64,000 nt of DNA from Octopus sinensis (lineage: Eukaryota): assembly GCF_006345805.1 (NCBI RefSeq), contig NW_021832126.1:62001-126000 (forward strand), written 5' to 3'. The number at the start of each line of letters is the position of its first letter. Positions within the stretch are counted from its first letter, which is position 1. The notes below the pieces were generated by a model. It saw only the letters and a list, made by a program, of their open reading frames with translations, was not told where the DNA came from and ran no database searches. Of this stretch, positions 14,501 to 28,603 are shown piece by piece. Both the position numbers and the translations under genes were made by a program.

Positions 14501-17389
14501 TAAAACAGGCCAATCAGAAGAAAATGGCGACAAAGGACAAAATTATGGCCATCAGAAAAAAATTTCGTTTATGTATTGAAGCAAATAGCAAAATCCCCGA
14601 AACTTTCCGACTTAAACCTTGTGTGAGTATACTGGTCGTGGATTTTCTAGGAATTGGAATTGGATGGAATCATAGATAAGCTTTACTCGCGACGATTCAA
14701 TGAGAAAAAATACGAATTACTCAAATTGAATGAATATTCCACACTCAAAACCGACATTTCGTTGAATAAAGTAAAGAAAGGGTGATGAAGTAGTAAAAAG
14801 TTTGCAGGTTAAAGAATGTTCTCGATTGCGAACGAATTGTGGTAGAAAGCTTTAGCAAGAATCACCAAGTTTCAACGTATCAACTCTTCAAACTGGAAGA
14901 CCATTTTGAGGAAACCAAGGCGAGATTGATCACGTGCTTGGAAGAACAGACCAGCCAGAAATCCAAGACGATAAATATTGAAACATATAGTTCGAGTAGT
15001 GGTCCCTTTAAATACTCTATAGTCACCCCCAACAAAGAGTTTATGGAAGACGTGAAGTACGGAGGCCCCAGTAGAACCCCAGTGACTCCCCTTAAAGGCA
15101 GCAAAGGAGACCGAATCGACAAGGCTCTCCAAAAAGTCGAATTAAAGAAAAGATGTAGAGCTGAGAGGAAGACGCAGGTTCAGCTAAAAGAACTGTAAGT
15201 ATTAGTGGGAAGCCTTCCACAAAACGAGACCTGGTGAGGACTACAACGACCCGGATTATGCAATCGAAATTGAGCGGGCTTTAGAGAACATGGGGAACTA
15301 CAAGCTGAAAAGTGCCGATGACTATGTGGTCCCGGAAACTTTGCGACAAAATTCTGAGAAGGCAATGTTACGACTAATCCAGTACGAGGAAACTGTAGTG
15401 AGTAAATAAATCATTTGCAGTTGTATTCAAACAAACAAAAATATAACCAACTGGTTTTCCAAATCAGAGACCGAAAGCACGAAATAAAAAAGGAAATTTC
15501 ATCCAAATTAAAAAGACTCAAAGAAATTGGGAAATATCTCCCATTTGAACAACTTAAAGAAATTCCGGAAGTGCTAAAAATCAACTTTCCAGAATACTCC
15601 AACTGGTTGTTTGTTAACATCATTCAAGTCCCCGATCTGAACGTGACTCGACGGACGAATCTTTAAAGTCAACACTCAAAAATTTACCGTGAGTATTTTA
15701 AGCATTTCCGTAGACTTTGCGAAGAACAGGACAAACTGATCGACGAGTTGTTGAATGCTGTCACATTTTTTGACGCAGAGATCTACCGACTAAAAAGAGA
15801 GAGATGTGTGTTTGACATTGAAATGAAAGAAGCGGAACTCCGACAAATCACTTTGTTCGAAGAACTAATGATCTTGAATGACTTTCAGAAAGGGGAGGAA
15901 GGCCTGTCCTTAAGGATAAGGGCCAAGGAAGACGAAAAAATGATTCTCAAACGAAAGGTGGGGACAAGTATTCATTTTGAAGATTCTCGATGCACAACAA
16001 AAACTGGACGTTGATAAGAAGGAAATTGAGCGAAACGTAGAAAGGGAGGCTCAACTTTTGTTGTCTTTCAAATCGTTGGTAGAAGACGGGAATAAGTTCG
16101 CCGATTATCTGCACAAACTGTTTCGAAAAAAAATAAAAAAGAAAACGCACTCTGTGGAGGAAGAGGGTCTGGTGGAAAGCACTCAAACGTAGAAAGTGAT
16201 TTGGAAAGTGACGAGGAGTCCGACAGTGAGGATGAATTGGTCGACTCGGAAGACGAAGGAAACGTAAAGCACGAAAGATATGACTATGAAGTATGCCCGC
16301 CTTTGTTAGACACGGTTTGAATTCACTGCAAGACTCCCAGCAACTTTACAACGATGTGTATGAACTGAGAAAACGGAGAACTGAAATTGACGACAGACTC
16401 ACTGAAGGGAAGAAGACTGCAGAACAAATATCAAAGGAACTCGAAAATCTCCAAAAGAAACTAAAAACCGTTGAAATGGCTGAAAAGTCAATAAACAGTG
16501 AACTGGAGGCCTACCAGGTTTATTCCACAATGTCACAGGCAGTTGATGAAACAAAAGACTTTGAACGAATTGAAGACTACGGTGGTCCTAAATGGAAGGC
16601 AAATCTGTCATTTGGTAAATGGACGGATTCCAGAGGACTTGTCGCAGTGCTTGATCTTTGAACGGTCGGAACTCCGAAAGTTAGAGAACAGAATCAAGGA
16701 ACTCGAGTCGGAGAAGATTCAAGAAGCCAAGAGATTCAAGTTTGGTAAAATTGTCACTTTTAAGAAACGCTAAACATTTTGCACGTCAGCTTATGACAAA
16801 CAAACGGAAAACGGAGGCTCAGCTGCAAATCTTAAAGGAAGAATGCCGACGAATGATGATCGACAAGTTCGGGACGATCGTCAAACTTGAAACCCTTGAG
16901 AACGTCGCTGCAAACCGTCAACTCGAAGAAGTGCGGCAGAAATTCGAGGATGTGCAAAACAACGTGTATTTAGAAATACAGAAATTCGATGTAAAAAATT
17001 TATATAACTCGACAGGACTTGATCAGAACTGAAAAGTCAAAGTTAGTTGAATCAATCAAAAAAAACACGAAAATAAAGCAGGAATTGGTCGAAAGTTTAG
17101 AGCAGAAAAAGTTTTACGGGGACAAATTGGAAGGAAAACAGAATAATTTGGTCTTTTAATCACAGTAACGTTGGCATAGGGAAAAGAATTCAAAGAGAAA
17201 ATGAAGGTAGAGGTGGAGGAGGCAACGAAAATGAAGAATTTTCTTGTTGCCCAGAAGCAAGAAATAAGACAATTGCAGACTGAAATAACTCGACTGTCTC
17301 GAAAGGATGGACTCGTACTTCCCCCGATCGGGTTGCTTTCATCCCAGCCGACTCTCTGTTCGTCCAGAACTAAAAAGCCATTGGACTAA
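11584..17389 (+). CDS. CFAP44: Cilia- and flagella-associated protein 44 (WD40 repeats plus long coiled coil)
   Basis: [60 protein letters not shown] and a C-terminal coiled coil; about 28 GT-AG introns of 23-29 nt restore one reading frame. Confidence 0.93.
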
Positions 17390-17562
17390 AATAACAATTC
17401 ACCGACTAATAATATTATTTCATAATTAAATTCCTTCATCTAATCTCAAATTGTAAACAGCCATTGAGTCCAACACGTGTTTTGTGGAATGTAGAATTAA
17501 GTAAGACGTGACAGCCTATTATATCGTTAGTAGAATTTGAAAACGAAAGTTATGTTAATAAT

Positions 17563-18829
17563 TCATGCTAAATTGGGATGATTGAATCTTTCGCATCTAA
17601 GTCGGGCAACATTTTCTTCGAGTTTAGCTATTTCATAGTTCAGCTGTTTCACTTTTTTTTGAGCTTCAAGGAGACTCTTCTAATAAGGACAGTTAGATCA
17701 CACATAGGCCATCGTCATGTTGTGGAATAGTTTTTCTCGAATGTCTCGACTCATTGAATTCTCGAATTTCTAGCGCATGTAATAACAATGTACTACCCGA
17801 CTTTCCCTATCTTTAATATTTTGTGCCTGTCTATTGTACTTGCGAGTTATACTGTCCTCTATGGCTTCATTAAATTCATCCAATTTATCTAATGCTTCCT
17901 ATTTGTGACTTTATGCCAATTTGACTTTGTTCTGAAACTCAGTCAGACTTAATTTATTTTCGAAATTTTTAATGCAAGTCCACTGATCGAGAAATTCTGA
18001 CTGAGAGAATGATATCAATACTTTACTTTCTGCTCAAATATGTGACACAAATTTTGGTTTTTTAAAATCTCCTGGTCGATCAAACGTATTTCCTCTTTGA
18101 GTGTGGCCAACTCAGCGTTCATAGTTTCATACTCGGTTGTAAATTTTTTATTCAAAATATTATTTTCATCTCTCTTCGCGGATATCGATTGATTTTTACT
18201 GGCCTGATATAGAAAGTCAGACACAAATAAATTCCAAACCACAACTTCCAAGGAGGTAGAAACTGCCTTGCAGGATTCATAATAAGAGTTTTTCTCTAAA
18301 GTTTTGATATCCTTCATTATCTCCTCGTTTTTTGAAATTCTTAAAGAAATAAGTTTTAAGGAACAACAATTTATTTTGAGATGCCAAAAGCTGTTCGAGG
18401 TAGTCTTTTTTTAGTTGTTTTTTATCCTAACGATATCATTAAAGACAGCAAACGGCTAAACATTGGACAGTCAATTTTTTTGATCTCTGTTTCTCTTTGC
18501 AGTTATAAAAATTCAATTTGTTAATAAAACGCCGGTCTAAAAATCTACATTCACAAAAAACCTGGCTGCGTAGTTCTTTTGTAAATGTACTCCGGACGAG
18601 CTTAATAGTTACAAAATCATGACTACGTGCTGTTTCGCCCAGGTTGGATACCCCGGTCAAGTCTCTGTTGATGTGCCCTGAAATAATGTTAAGCATCTAA
18701 CCGTAGCCCAGCTTCCGGAACTTTGACGAACAATTGCAGACGCCTACGCCAAATCGGCATTGACGATTGCCTAGTAATGACATCATAAAATTGCATAGAA
18801 ACTAAATATTTATTGTATCTAGATGTCAT
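17563..18829 (-). CDS. Uncharacterised coiled-coil protein
   Basis: Heptad-rich exons (ETMNAELATLKEEIRLIDQEILK; EQLNYEIAKLEENVARLR) separated by GT-AG mini-introns; 5' end uncertain. Confidence 0.55.
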
Positions 18830-19002
18830 CGAATTTATTTATATACATATTTTGCTATTTTAATTCTATGTCGTCATTCAAAATTTTGTCGGGACTATTT
18901 ATACATCCAACGGTTTTAAGCTTAATTGTTGAGTCACAAACAAGTCTTGAGATTTAATAAGCACGGCCACGTCAAAACTGAATATATATTAACGATACGT
19001 GA

Positions 19003-22000
19003 ATGTACGAGAGTTCTGATCAAAACGACTCCAAGGAAAATTCTTTGGAAAATACTCCCAGAATAAACGGCAGTGACAACAGCAATGAAAGAATGTCTAA
19101 AATTAGTTCCATGCGGTCAAAAGTTGGCCTTTTAAATTTATTGCAGAAAAGTCAGTCCGAAGATGAAAATCTAAACAAAAAGTTTTTAATATATTTCCTG
19201 GCATCGAAATGCATCATTTTGCCAATCGATAAAAACTTTTTTCCGGATTCCACAATGTTGAACTATTTGTGTGCATTACTACTAGGGCATACAAGAAAGT
19301 GTCCCATTCCTGTTTATCAGCAATGCTTATGGAGTGTGAAAATAATCTCACTAAATATTCAAAAGATTCGTTCTATGTTTTGTTAAAGAACTTTTACTGC
19401 CGAATCTTGAATACAAATTTCCTAAAAAAGATGGTGGATTCCGGAATATGTTCTTTCAAGGACTTGTTCGAGCTAATGGAAATAGTCGCCCGTAAACATG
19501 ACAGCGGCGATAGTTTGGAAAAATTGATTCAGGCGCTCGGATTAGACCCAAACTGGAAGAAAGGTAGTCTGCAAGGAGAAAAGAATTGCTGCATTTATGA
19601 AGAGTTAAACAGCATACTGGACATTTCAAGATACGAAAGCAAGCATCTGTATAACATTTTCAAAGTATGTTTTCTTTAACCCTGGACGATTAGCTGGATA
19701 ACGTTGAAGAACAAATCGCGAAATTACAGAAAGAAATAGACCGCGAAATTTCGAATCTGGACAAGATTTCTCAGGTATGCCTGAGACCTTCTTTACACCA
19801 GATTGTAAATCAAAAGGAGTTCTTGTTCGGTGAAATGCAGGATTTGTACAGAGAAGAAAAACACTCACGAATCGCTGTCCTATGCAAACATTTGGAAAGT
19901 TTAGTCAATGAAAAAATGGCAGCGTCGCCTCCCTTCATATTCGGGTGTATTTCCTTGCACAAACATTAGAAAAATTAATTTGAAAGGAATACAAAATTCA
20001 TATAAACTGCCCAAAAATTTATATCGGATAACAGTTTGTATCCGTGCCTATGATAGGTGTTTATCATGGAAGCTAAAGATCTCCCTGTCTTTATATTCAA
20101 GAAAAAGGTTTATTGCAAAATTTTCATGAAAAACAATAAAAAAATGAAAACTCATAATGCTGACTCTGCAGACCCAAAGTTGTTGTATAGCGAGAATTAA
20201 AGATGGAATTCATATTGTGAGTTCAGTACTACAAGGACCCTCTCACTAATTCAGGTCAAAATGTGTTGCTTCAAAGAAACGGGATTTAATGAAAAACCAA
20301 TAGGAAAAGTACTAATCTGTCTAAAGTGGTTTAGTTGAACATTCCGGTCACCCCGTTTATCAAAGGTGTTGCAAAATGGTATAAAATGACGTCTCCCAGG
20401 GAAAAAAAGCCCAGTCTCCGAATAATCCTAAATGTCTATAGACCTAACAATATCCACTTTGGAGGGTAATCAAATGGTTAACTTGATAGATTTCTTACAA
20501 AACACAACGACAGAATGCCAGCTCGCAAATATTACTTTTTGATAATTCAGGCTTGGACCTTTCTTTTATTTTCAGGAAATTTCCGCCAAAAATTTGATGT
20601 GTGCCTACGACAAAGGCAAGTCCCTGCCGTGTGATTTCATACCTCTCGACGGCTACATTGTCGATTACTGCATCAGAGTTCCAGGTATGCTGTTTATGTG
20701 GAAGTTCAGAGGCACTTAAGTCACATAAGGACATTTGTTTTTACATAACGAAAGAGGGAAGTAGTATATTTTTTTCTGCAGAAAGCATCCAGGATTGCAA
20801 ACGCTGGGTGGAAGCAGTGTGTAAGATAACTGGACAAACCTATGTTCCGGGCTTCCCAAGGAAGCAAAAGTGTTTGGGTACGTTAGGTTAACAACTATTT
20901 TTGAATAATAACTATTAGATTTCACAAAAATCGTTGAACTGAGTGTCAGTAGTGAGCAGCACGACTACGCAGTCATTCTGGAACAACTCCATCGACAGAC
21001 CTTGAATAAGCGCTTGGGCGAGGATATCATCACGCTGGTGTGGTTCTTTGTATTAGTATCAGGGACGCTTGAGTCAAATACAGAATTTTCTTATTCATAA
21101 CTTTTGTCTACGCTACTGCATTTCCGTATCGTCGCAACATTTATGTTATCTCGAGAACTATATCTCTCTCATGGAGCAGGGAATGTTCATACACTGTGGA
21201 CTAGTGAAGGACAGTTATTTCAAACTTGCTGACTTTTTTACGATCGACGAGTATTGGAAAATCATTCAAATGTAGTGCACTTTTCTCTCCTCACTCGATT
21301 TTTCTGTGTGAACAAAATAAATTCTTCGAAATCGACTTTCGACTTGTGTCTTTGGTTGAGAGCCACCTGACCAATTTCCGGTTTAGAGTAATTTTTAATA
21401 CCACTGAGGTACACATTTCCATTCGGAAGGCCTGTGAAAGCCCTCAGTGACTACATAGATTTTTATATAACCCTTATTTGCAGACAAGTCGGTCGCTGGC
21501 TTAATTATCTTAGAAAAACTTGTCCGAGTCGGAAACGGATTTCTCTCTGTTCATGGACAACATCCTAAAAAATGCATCCATGCTTACTTACAATTCGATC
21601 AAGAACAAGATCAAAATCCACAGTTCTGTTAAATTGTTTATTTTGTGTAGATATCAACATCGGTAACTTTGACTAACCACGTCATTTTCTTAGGACAAAT
21701 AATATTCACAAATATCAAATGGGACGACTGGTTTTTTGCTATCCGTCAAATTAGCAAGGATTGTCTCATCTTGTACGAAGAAAGCATTGATTTTTATGCT
21801 GACGTTGTTATTTTAATCAATATTCTAGGAGTCAATCAAGTGCGAAGAGTTTGTGGTTCAGCACGCAAAAAGAGTGTGGACTTTGTTCATTTCAGACCTG
21901 AAATTGTGTTTGAATCAACGGCAATACGACAATTGGACTTGTTTGAAATATTTTTCTGAAACGGATGACTATTTTTGCTCCATTAGTTCGTTAATTAGTC

Positions 22001-23137
22001 TTAAATGATTTAGAATCCACTTCCATATTGTCAAGTCACATTGAGTTGATAAAATATTTCTCCCCAATCTTCGACAAGTACACCAATTTCATAAAACTGA
22101 AACTCGAAGCCATGCAAAAGACGGCATTGCAAAATCAGTCCCTCGAGATCATCGAGTTGTTCTTATATGTATGTCTCTAGAACTGGCTGTAAAATTGTCG
22201 ACGTTGCAGTATTGCAAATTAAATCCCTCTTTATTGTGAAAAACACCCCAAACTGGTCTGGAACTCACTTTTTTGAAGACAAGCTCAAAAAAATAAAAAA
22301 AATGGCTACGTCAATTCTTTCCCAATTATTAAAATCGTACATTTGGAAAAATAACGGTTTAGTCTGGTGGAATATTTGTCTACTCATTTAAAAAAGCCTG
22401 TTGGGTATCAGTCCCTCTTTCCTGACTTGCCTATTGCTGTCGTCAATTCAATAATATTTATCAGAAATGAGGTAGAAATCATAGGCTGAAGTAAGGCTGA
22501 GATTCATTCGATCAAAGACGACTTTTTTAATCAAATTTTGCAAAGGGCAGGGAAAATCTCGATAGAAATATGTGTTGTATTGACCTGTATACTTTTTAAG
22601 TTAATTCCCATCCTGGATCGAGTCCTCTCAAAGCTCAACAAATACGACTCCCTTCTCTTCATTATGGCATGAGTATAAAACTCAGTTCTAGAGCGCTTCA
22701 AACAATCTAGAAAACCAGTACACTGAGTTTGTTAAAAAAAATTCTGAAAGAATCGTGGACCATATTAAAGAGAGGACTGTCAGCATTTTATACTTACAAG
22801 TGATATATTATGGACAAAACTAGATGTGGCTGGAATACTGTTCGAAGATTATCAACAAATGGCTGGCAATAAGACAAGGAAGACAGTGCCACCGCGAGCA
22901 AATAAGGATCCTCATATTTATTTACAGCAAAATGATAACTGTGTTCAAATTAAGAGGAGTACCCCAAATTCAGTTAGACTCTCAGACGAGTCAAGAAATT
23001 TGGAAGAGACTTGATGTATGTGTTGGCAGTTATGTTTTAAGTTGGAGCAGATGCTGACTCTATTTAAACAAAGAAGCCCGAAGGAAGGCAGGTTTGAAAA
23101 AATATACAGAAATTTAAAAGACAAATACAACCTGTAA
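19003..23137 (+). CDS. CADPS: Calcium-dependent secretion activator (CAPS/UNC-31), divergent
   Basis: LYNIFK/LDNVEEQIAKLQKEID, PH domain IPLDGYIVDY..WVEAVCKITGQTYVP, LTNFR/YTFPFGRP and VLSKLNKYD match CAPS landmarks in order; about 20 mini-introns. Confidence 0.85.
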
Positions 23138-23254
23138 TAAGTATTAGTTACGATTATTAATAATTCTGAGAATAATAACTTAAACAGACCTATCATCTTA
23201 AACACTTCTAACAAATGACTAATAATAAATTTTCATTTTATTGGGTTAATTTTG

Positions 23255-24379
23255 CTATTCGTTTTTATTGCATTGTACAGACTTTACAGCAACAATAAAC
23301 TTCTAACACAAATTGAGACTCCAAACTAACCTTGTAGTTGTTCGCAACTCCTGAAAATTCATTTGCTAAACGTTCGTTGGCAATTCTAAATTTACTTACT
23401 GGGTTGACTAACCTGAACTCCGTCACATTTGTTTTTAAATGCTTTAAATTTAATATAGTATTTCCTAGAAGAATATTCTTTTTTTCGATCTGTTAAGTTT
23501 TATTTTTTTTTAATTACAAATACATTTTTTCTGATAAATTCGTTTTCCATTTCAAGAAATTCCACGAGTTCAGACTGGTTAGATTCATTATGTGCTGCTT
23601 CTATTGGTTGATGGTTCAATAATTCGTAGAGACGCTTATTTTCCTTTCGCAAATCAAAATTTTCTGCTTCCAACTTGTCTCTCACACCAGCGTGGGCACT
23701 CCGCTGGCGATTTGCCTGCAATCGCATCTGAATTCGATCTTTCTCCAGTCGTTCCAATCTATATGTTAAAATCGGCAAATATATATCGCATGAGAGCATG
23801 CGGTTGCGTTTATCTTTTAAAAATTGCATTTATTTAGTAGTTAGCACTAGGAATAGGAAAATGCAACTTTGCTCGAATCTGGGGAATTTTTTCTACACAG
23901 AGAGTGTTGTAGTGTTGTTGGAAAGCGCCCAATTCGTCCACTTTCTTCAACAGAAACTGTTTTAATAAACATGGAAGCAAACTTTCTCTCTTTTCTGACT
24001 GTTTGCTAATTCAGTGACAAGAATGCTATTCTTGTGAGCCAAAAACTGACATGTTTGAATTTACAAAACCTGAATTTGTGCTTCGGGAGCGGAGATTTCG
24101 TCGTGGCTCTGTTTCAAATTTTTGCAAGACATTTCGCACCTAAAATGTAATTTAAAATGCGGTTTTAGATTTTAGTATCAAATCCTAGGAAAGTACATTG
24201 CTGCCGATAAATCGAGAAATAGTAGATTATTTATTTTGTTGCTTGACTACGGAACTGCCGAAAATAAATTAATACTTTAAGAGTAGTAAATTTTCATTGC
24301 AAATATTGGTTGTCTGCTTGAGAATGGGAGATTTGACAGGTGAGGTTAGCCGTGATTTCAGAAACTGGAATCGAACCAT
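23255..24379 (-). CDS. Uncharacterised coiled-coil protein
   Basis: Exon RLERLEKDRIQMRLQ..DKLEAENFDLRKENKRLYELL plus flanking exons bounded by GT-AG mini-introns. Confidence 0.5.
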
Positions 24380-24500
24380 TTCAATCAAAAATGGTTACTT
24401 TCACGAATAAATAAAACTCATGAGTTTTAAAATTTAATGTAAACGAGATTTTATAAATTATTCCAATTAGTTAACAATAAAATATCTACTGTTGTGTGAC

Positions 24501-24902
24501 ATGGAAATTCTCTCATTTCTAAGGACGAGTATTCGGTGTGCCTCAAACCGCTGTATTCAACGCAAAAGAAATCCACGAAGGCACGTGGGGTGAAGGTACT
24601 GGAGGGCCAATATGTCTTCAAAGGAAACACTCTTGTTACTCAGGGTCGAGGCCTAGATTGGTATCCTGGACTCAATGTTCTTCTAATTTCGATAACTGAA
24701 ACAGGTTAAAGTCGACAAACTAACACGTTCTCTGTCCGCCCTCTGCGATGGCAGAGTTTTATTTTCCTGCGAGAAACTGCAGCCCCTGAAGGACAGTCCG
24801 CTCTTTGACGCCGTCTCCGGAGGATTGAAAATACACAAAACATTCGTCCATGTGGTCAATGAACAACCCCCTCGTGGATTTAGACTTGTAGAGACAATTT
24901 GA
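24501..24902 (+). CDS. MRPL27: Mitochondrial ribosomal protein bL27m
   Basis: RGVKVLEGQYVFKGNTLVTQ..WYPGLNV..KTFVHVV..FRLVETI*; one 28-nt intron; one extra base at ~24545 is needed to join the presequence (..RCAS). Confidence 0.85.
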
Positions 24903-25351
24903 TATCTCACTTTTCTTTTGATACAATTTATTTCGATAGTCGGCGACTTTGTATTTAGCTCTATGTTCAAGATAGGTTTAGTTTGACTAATAGGATATTT
25001 CTTTGTCGATTTTTGTGGAGACTGGTTGTGTCCGGAGAGGATTACCTGACTGTTTTCACAAAGGATGAAACTCTTAATGAGATTTTCTATAACGTCTTAA
25101 GAATGCAGCGGGAAAAGTGATGATCAAAAATTATTTTTTACTTTTTTTGCCCAGTCTGTTTTGTTTGCAGTGTGTCCTGGGGATTTAGCAGACAGGATAA
25201 TGTTCAGGACGAGAAAGTGTCCATCCATTTTGCGTCTCATACGAATGTTTTCCGGAGCAGAATAGGAATATTGTCATATTGCTTAATTTAGAATTTCAAT
25301 TCCTACATCGTCATGTTGACATCATTTTTTTAGGAAATACTTAAAAAAATT

Positions 25352-26823
25352 TTATTCGAAGGAATAAATTTCCGAGACAGCGTCTGCCAATAGTTCGGTA
25401 TCTTCAAGATCAAGAGCTGACAAATTGATTCTTCCATCACTGGAAGTCAATATGCCAAATTTGTTTTCCAAAAACGTACTTTCTGTACCTAAACATTAAC
25501 GAACCTAGATTTGTCACCTTTAAAATTAAAATAATAAAAGTATCCGACCGTATTGCCAATATCATCAAACTTAGAATTGCCAAGACGTGTGTTTAATGCA
25601 TTTTTTAGAGACTCCCTGACGGCAGAGACTCGATTTCGAATGTATTCTAGTTCTCTCTCCCTGGAAGTGACGAACAACTTTTGTTTACCATTTACCCTTC
25701 TTTGTCGGGTCACTGAGAATTGCATAAATTGTCATGGCTCCGAATCCCGGAGGTCGGAAATATGTACGGGAAATAATTAATTTTAGTCGTTCAAAAATCA
25801 TTTCTCTGACATTTCTATCAAAATTGACAAAACAAAGATTTGCTACTCGCTGTCCTACTTACAATGACATATTAAAGACTTACCGCATAGTCCAAAAATT
25901 TTAGACATGTTTTGTACAACTAAAAATGGCAACTGCTCTCTTTCAAAAAGACGAATTGGCAATGCATCATGTTCTATCCCCGTCCCGAACCCCTGATAAC
26001 ACATGTCGAAAAACGAAATCATCTTTTTTTGCTTTGAGTGTCAAAGAATTAGCTGAAAACCTTTATTATCTGGATTAATTGGATCCACTGTTTGATGCTA
26101 AAGTCATGTCCAGTCGGATTGTTGCAGCAGGGTGAGAGAAGAACTACTGAACCGTCAGCTGAATTCTAAAAATCGCATGACCTAGAATGCCTGCAAATCT
26201 AGTTTTGTTCTGTTGAAATCCATTTTCCTCATGCCATAATCGAAATAGGCGTAGTAGGCAATATTGAATCCTTCCGTTTTGAAGAAGTCTGTGTGTCTGT
26301 CTTAGGCACATATTTAAAAATGGTTACTCCATGTTTGTTTTGCAATCAGGATATTAGACACCCCGAAAATTTGACGAAGTATTTTGATTCCCAGATTGAT
26401 GCCTCCACATCCTCCGATTGTCTGACATTCGACAATCTGGAAATATATGCAACCTTTATTACTCGATTTTCCATCACTGCTCGGCTTTCTTTTCCCAGCA
26501 TGAGAGTAGTGGCTTCTCGACAAAATTTATTGTTCCCGAAAAATGCTGATTCGTACTTGAAAGCATATTTTCCACCATTAATTAGTTCCTTCACAGTTTC
26601 ATCGACAACTTCGAAACTATAGCGCCCTTTGTGTCCGTTGTAGCACTCTTGGAGAGGTAAAATATTTAATGTTACCTCCTGAAGTCAAACTGATTCTCCG
26701 TTGAGCAGATTCATATGCCGGCATTGATGAATAATCATTTCTGTTCTATTTAAATTGAATTTAAACGTATTAACATAATTTCTTGCTCGTAGAGATTAGT
26801 ATTTGCCTAAATAAATTTTTCAT
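25352..26823 (-). CDS. Aspartate aminotransferase-like (GOT1-like), divergent
   Basis: QTIGGCGG, CNNPTGHD, FFDMCYQGF, MSKIFGL (PLP lysine), GRINLS; mini-introns including a GC-AG at 26166-26190; 5' exons tentative. Confidence 0.85.
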
Positions 26824-27059
26824 TTTTTTCCCAATAAATTGATATGGTTGACCAGCAACTCAAGATATATTTGCCGAGATAACTCCAAAAACACCTGAAA
26901 TATGTGTTCATTCATCAAATGTGGCGTGATATGTTACAGAGTGATTATTCAGAAAAAATGCAAAAAAATTAAGGAAAGAAATGAAGGTGTCTTTCTTGAT
27001 AATCACAAGTTCCATACTGACGAAACTATAAGAAACTTTTGTTTTAACGCAATTTATTT

Positions 27060-27770
27060 ATTTATTAGGACCAAAAACACCGTCATAACCATAATTAGCT
27101 ATTTTAGGTGATCCCAGCCTCTTTTAAAAACCTTCGCATCTTTTCTCTGTGTTCTACAGCGCATTGTCTAAGAGGTCGGGGATCCCGAACATGGACTTTT
27201 TTCTGAGGTCTCCACCGTTTTCTTTCACGATTTCTTCTAGTCCCTTTGGTTGAATTTTGTTCCCCGTGACATTCGCTAGGAGATTTACAATCTCCATTTG
27301 AACATTGTCGATTTTTTGACATTTGTATGTGCTAGATTGCTTCTTCATACTGTACATCCGTAACCAATTGTCAGTTTAATGTATTTGGTATACAGAGACT
27401 CTAATTCGTAAGTTCTTTTGGCGTCTTCCAAGTTTCCAAGAAATGCTTTAAGCAAGTTTAGTTTCTTATTGCATTTCGTCAACACGTTTTCCGTATGGAG
27501 AGTAAAGGTTAGAAAGGTGTCAGAGGTGATTCCCAGTATCTTTAGAGTTTTATTTTGAGGAATTGATTTCCCTTCCATGGTCACATTTATCGACAAATTC
27601 CCCAGTCTTTTGTTAGTTGTAAAAAAGATTAGCTCAGACTTTTCCGGACTTGCTTTCAACAGATTGGCATTGAGCCATATACACAGGTTGTTTATATTTT
27701 TCTGTAATCTTTTTGTAGCTTCGCTGACACATATATCCCTCGATGAAACGATTATATCATCCACATTAAA
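27060..27770 (-). mobile_element. 5'-truncated LINE (APE-type clade) RT C-terminus and 3' end
   Basis: DDIIV..LQKNINNLCIWLNANLLKASPEKS..KILGITSDTFLTF; ends FLKEAGIT* followed by a TAA-rich tail. Confidence 0.8.
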
Positions 27771-28603
27771 ATGTCATTCTTGTTTTCAGGAAGAGGCATA
27801 TCGTTCAATGAAGTTAAAATGAAATTTTTTTGATTTTGTTTAAATTGGTAATGACAATTTCGACAATCAGAAAATTTATAAATTGATTTGCCACCATGTT
27901 TGGGTAGGTTTTCATTATTTTTAATGAAATTTAGAAAAAGATCAGGATGTAAACACCCCCAGGAGTAAAATCTTTTTGTTAAATAGACAAGAACCTTACA
28001 TTAAGTTTCACCATTTAAGCACTGTTTCATTAAATGAGAGGTACGTGAATCCCCCTTTTGAATGACATCAATGTGGAAGATAATTATCAGAGTGTACTAT
28101 AATCATTTGTAATCAAAATTGTCATTAGTATATTCAATTATCTTTAATCAAATTGAATGCCGAAAATACCAATTTGTCGGTATCCTCTTTCCTTACAGAT
28201 TTTTGGTAATTCATGGAACACTTGGAATGACTCGGCAGGAGTTTCAAAATGTGGCTGAGAAGTCAATGAAGAATCAATTACAGTAAAAAGAATTAACCTG
28301 TCGTTCACAATAAACACAAATTGCATTAAATACGCATTTATTGCATGTTTAATTAATACAAGAACATGGAATCAATAGAAAGAATACACAATTATTAGGT
28401 GACTATTCCAGGTCAGGGAATACAGGCACAATACTACTAATTAGAACATAATCGTAGTATCATTAGTAGTATTGTTATCACTGTCGGTCGCTGTGGCATG
28501 TGCAGCGGCAAATTGATGTTAGACGGTGTCGACAGGCTGTAAGAACACAAATTACTTTTCGTATAAAATCAAAAACGCCGCTGTGCTAGTAAATACTTGG
28601 GCA

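Noticed and set aside
17563-18829. Tektin assignment
   Set aside because: No RPNVELCRD-like signature found; left as unknown coiled coil.
24950-25320. Small gene between MRPL27 and GOT1-like
   Set aside because: No convincing spliced frame could be built on either strand.
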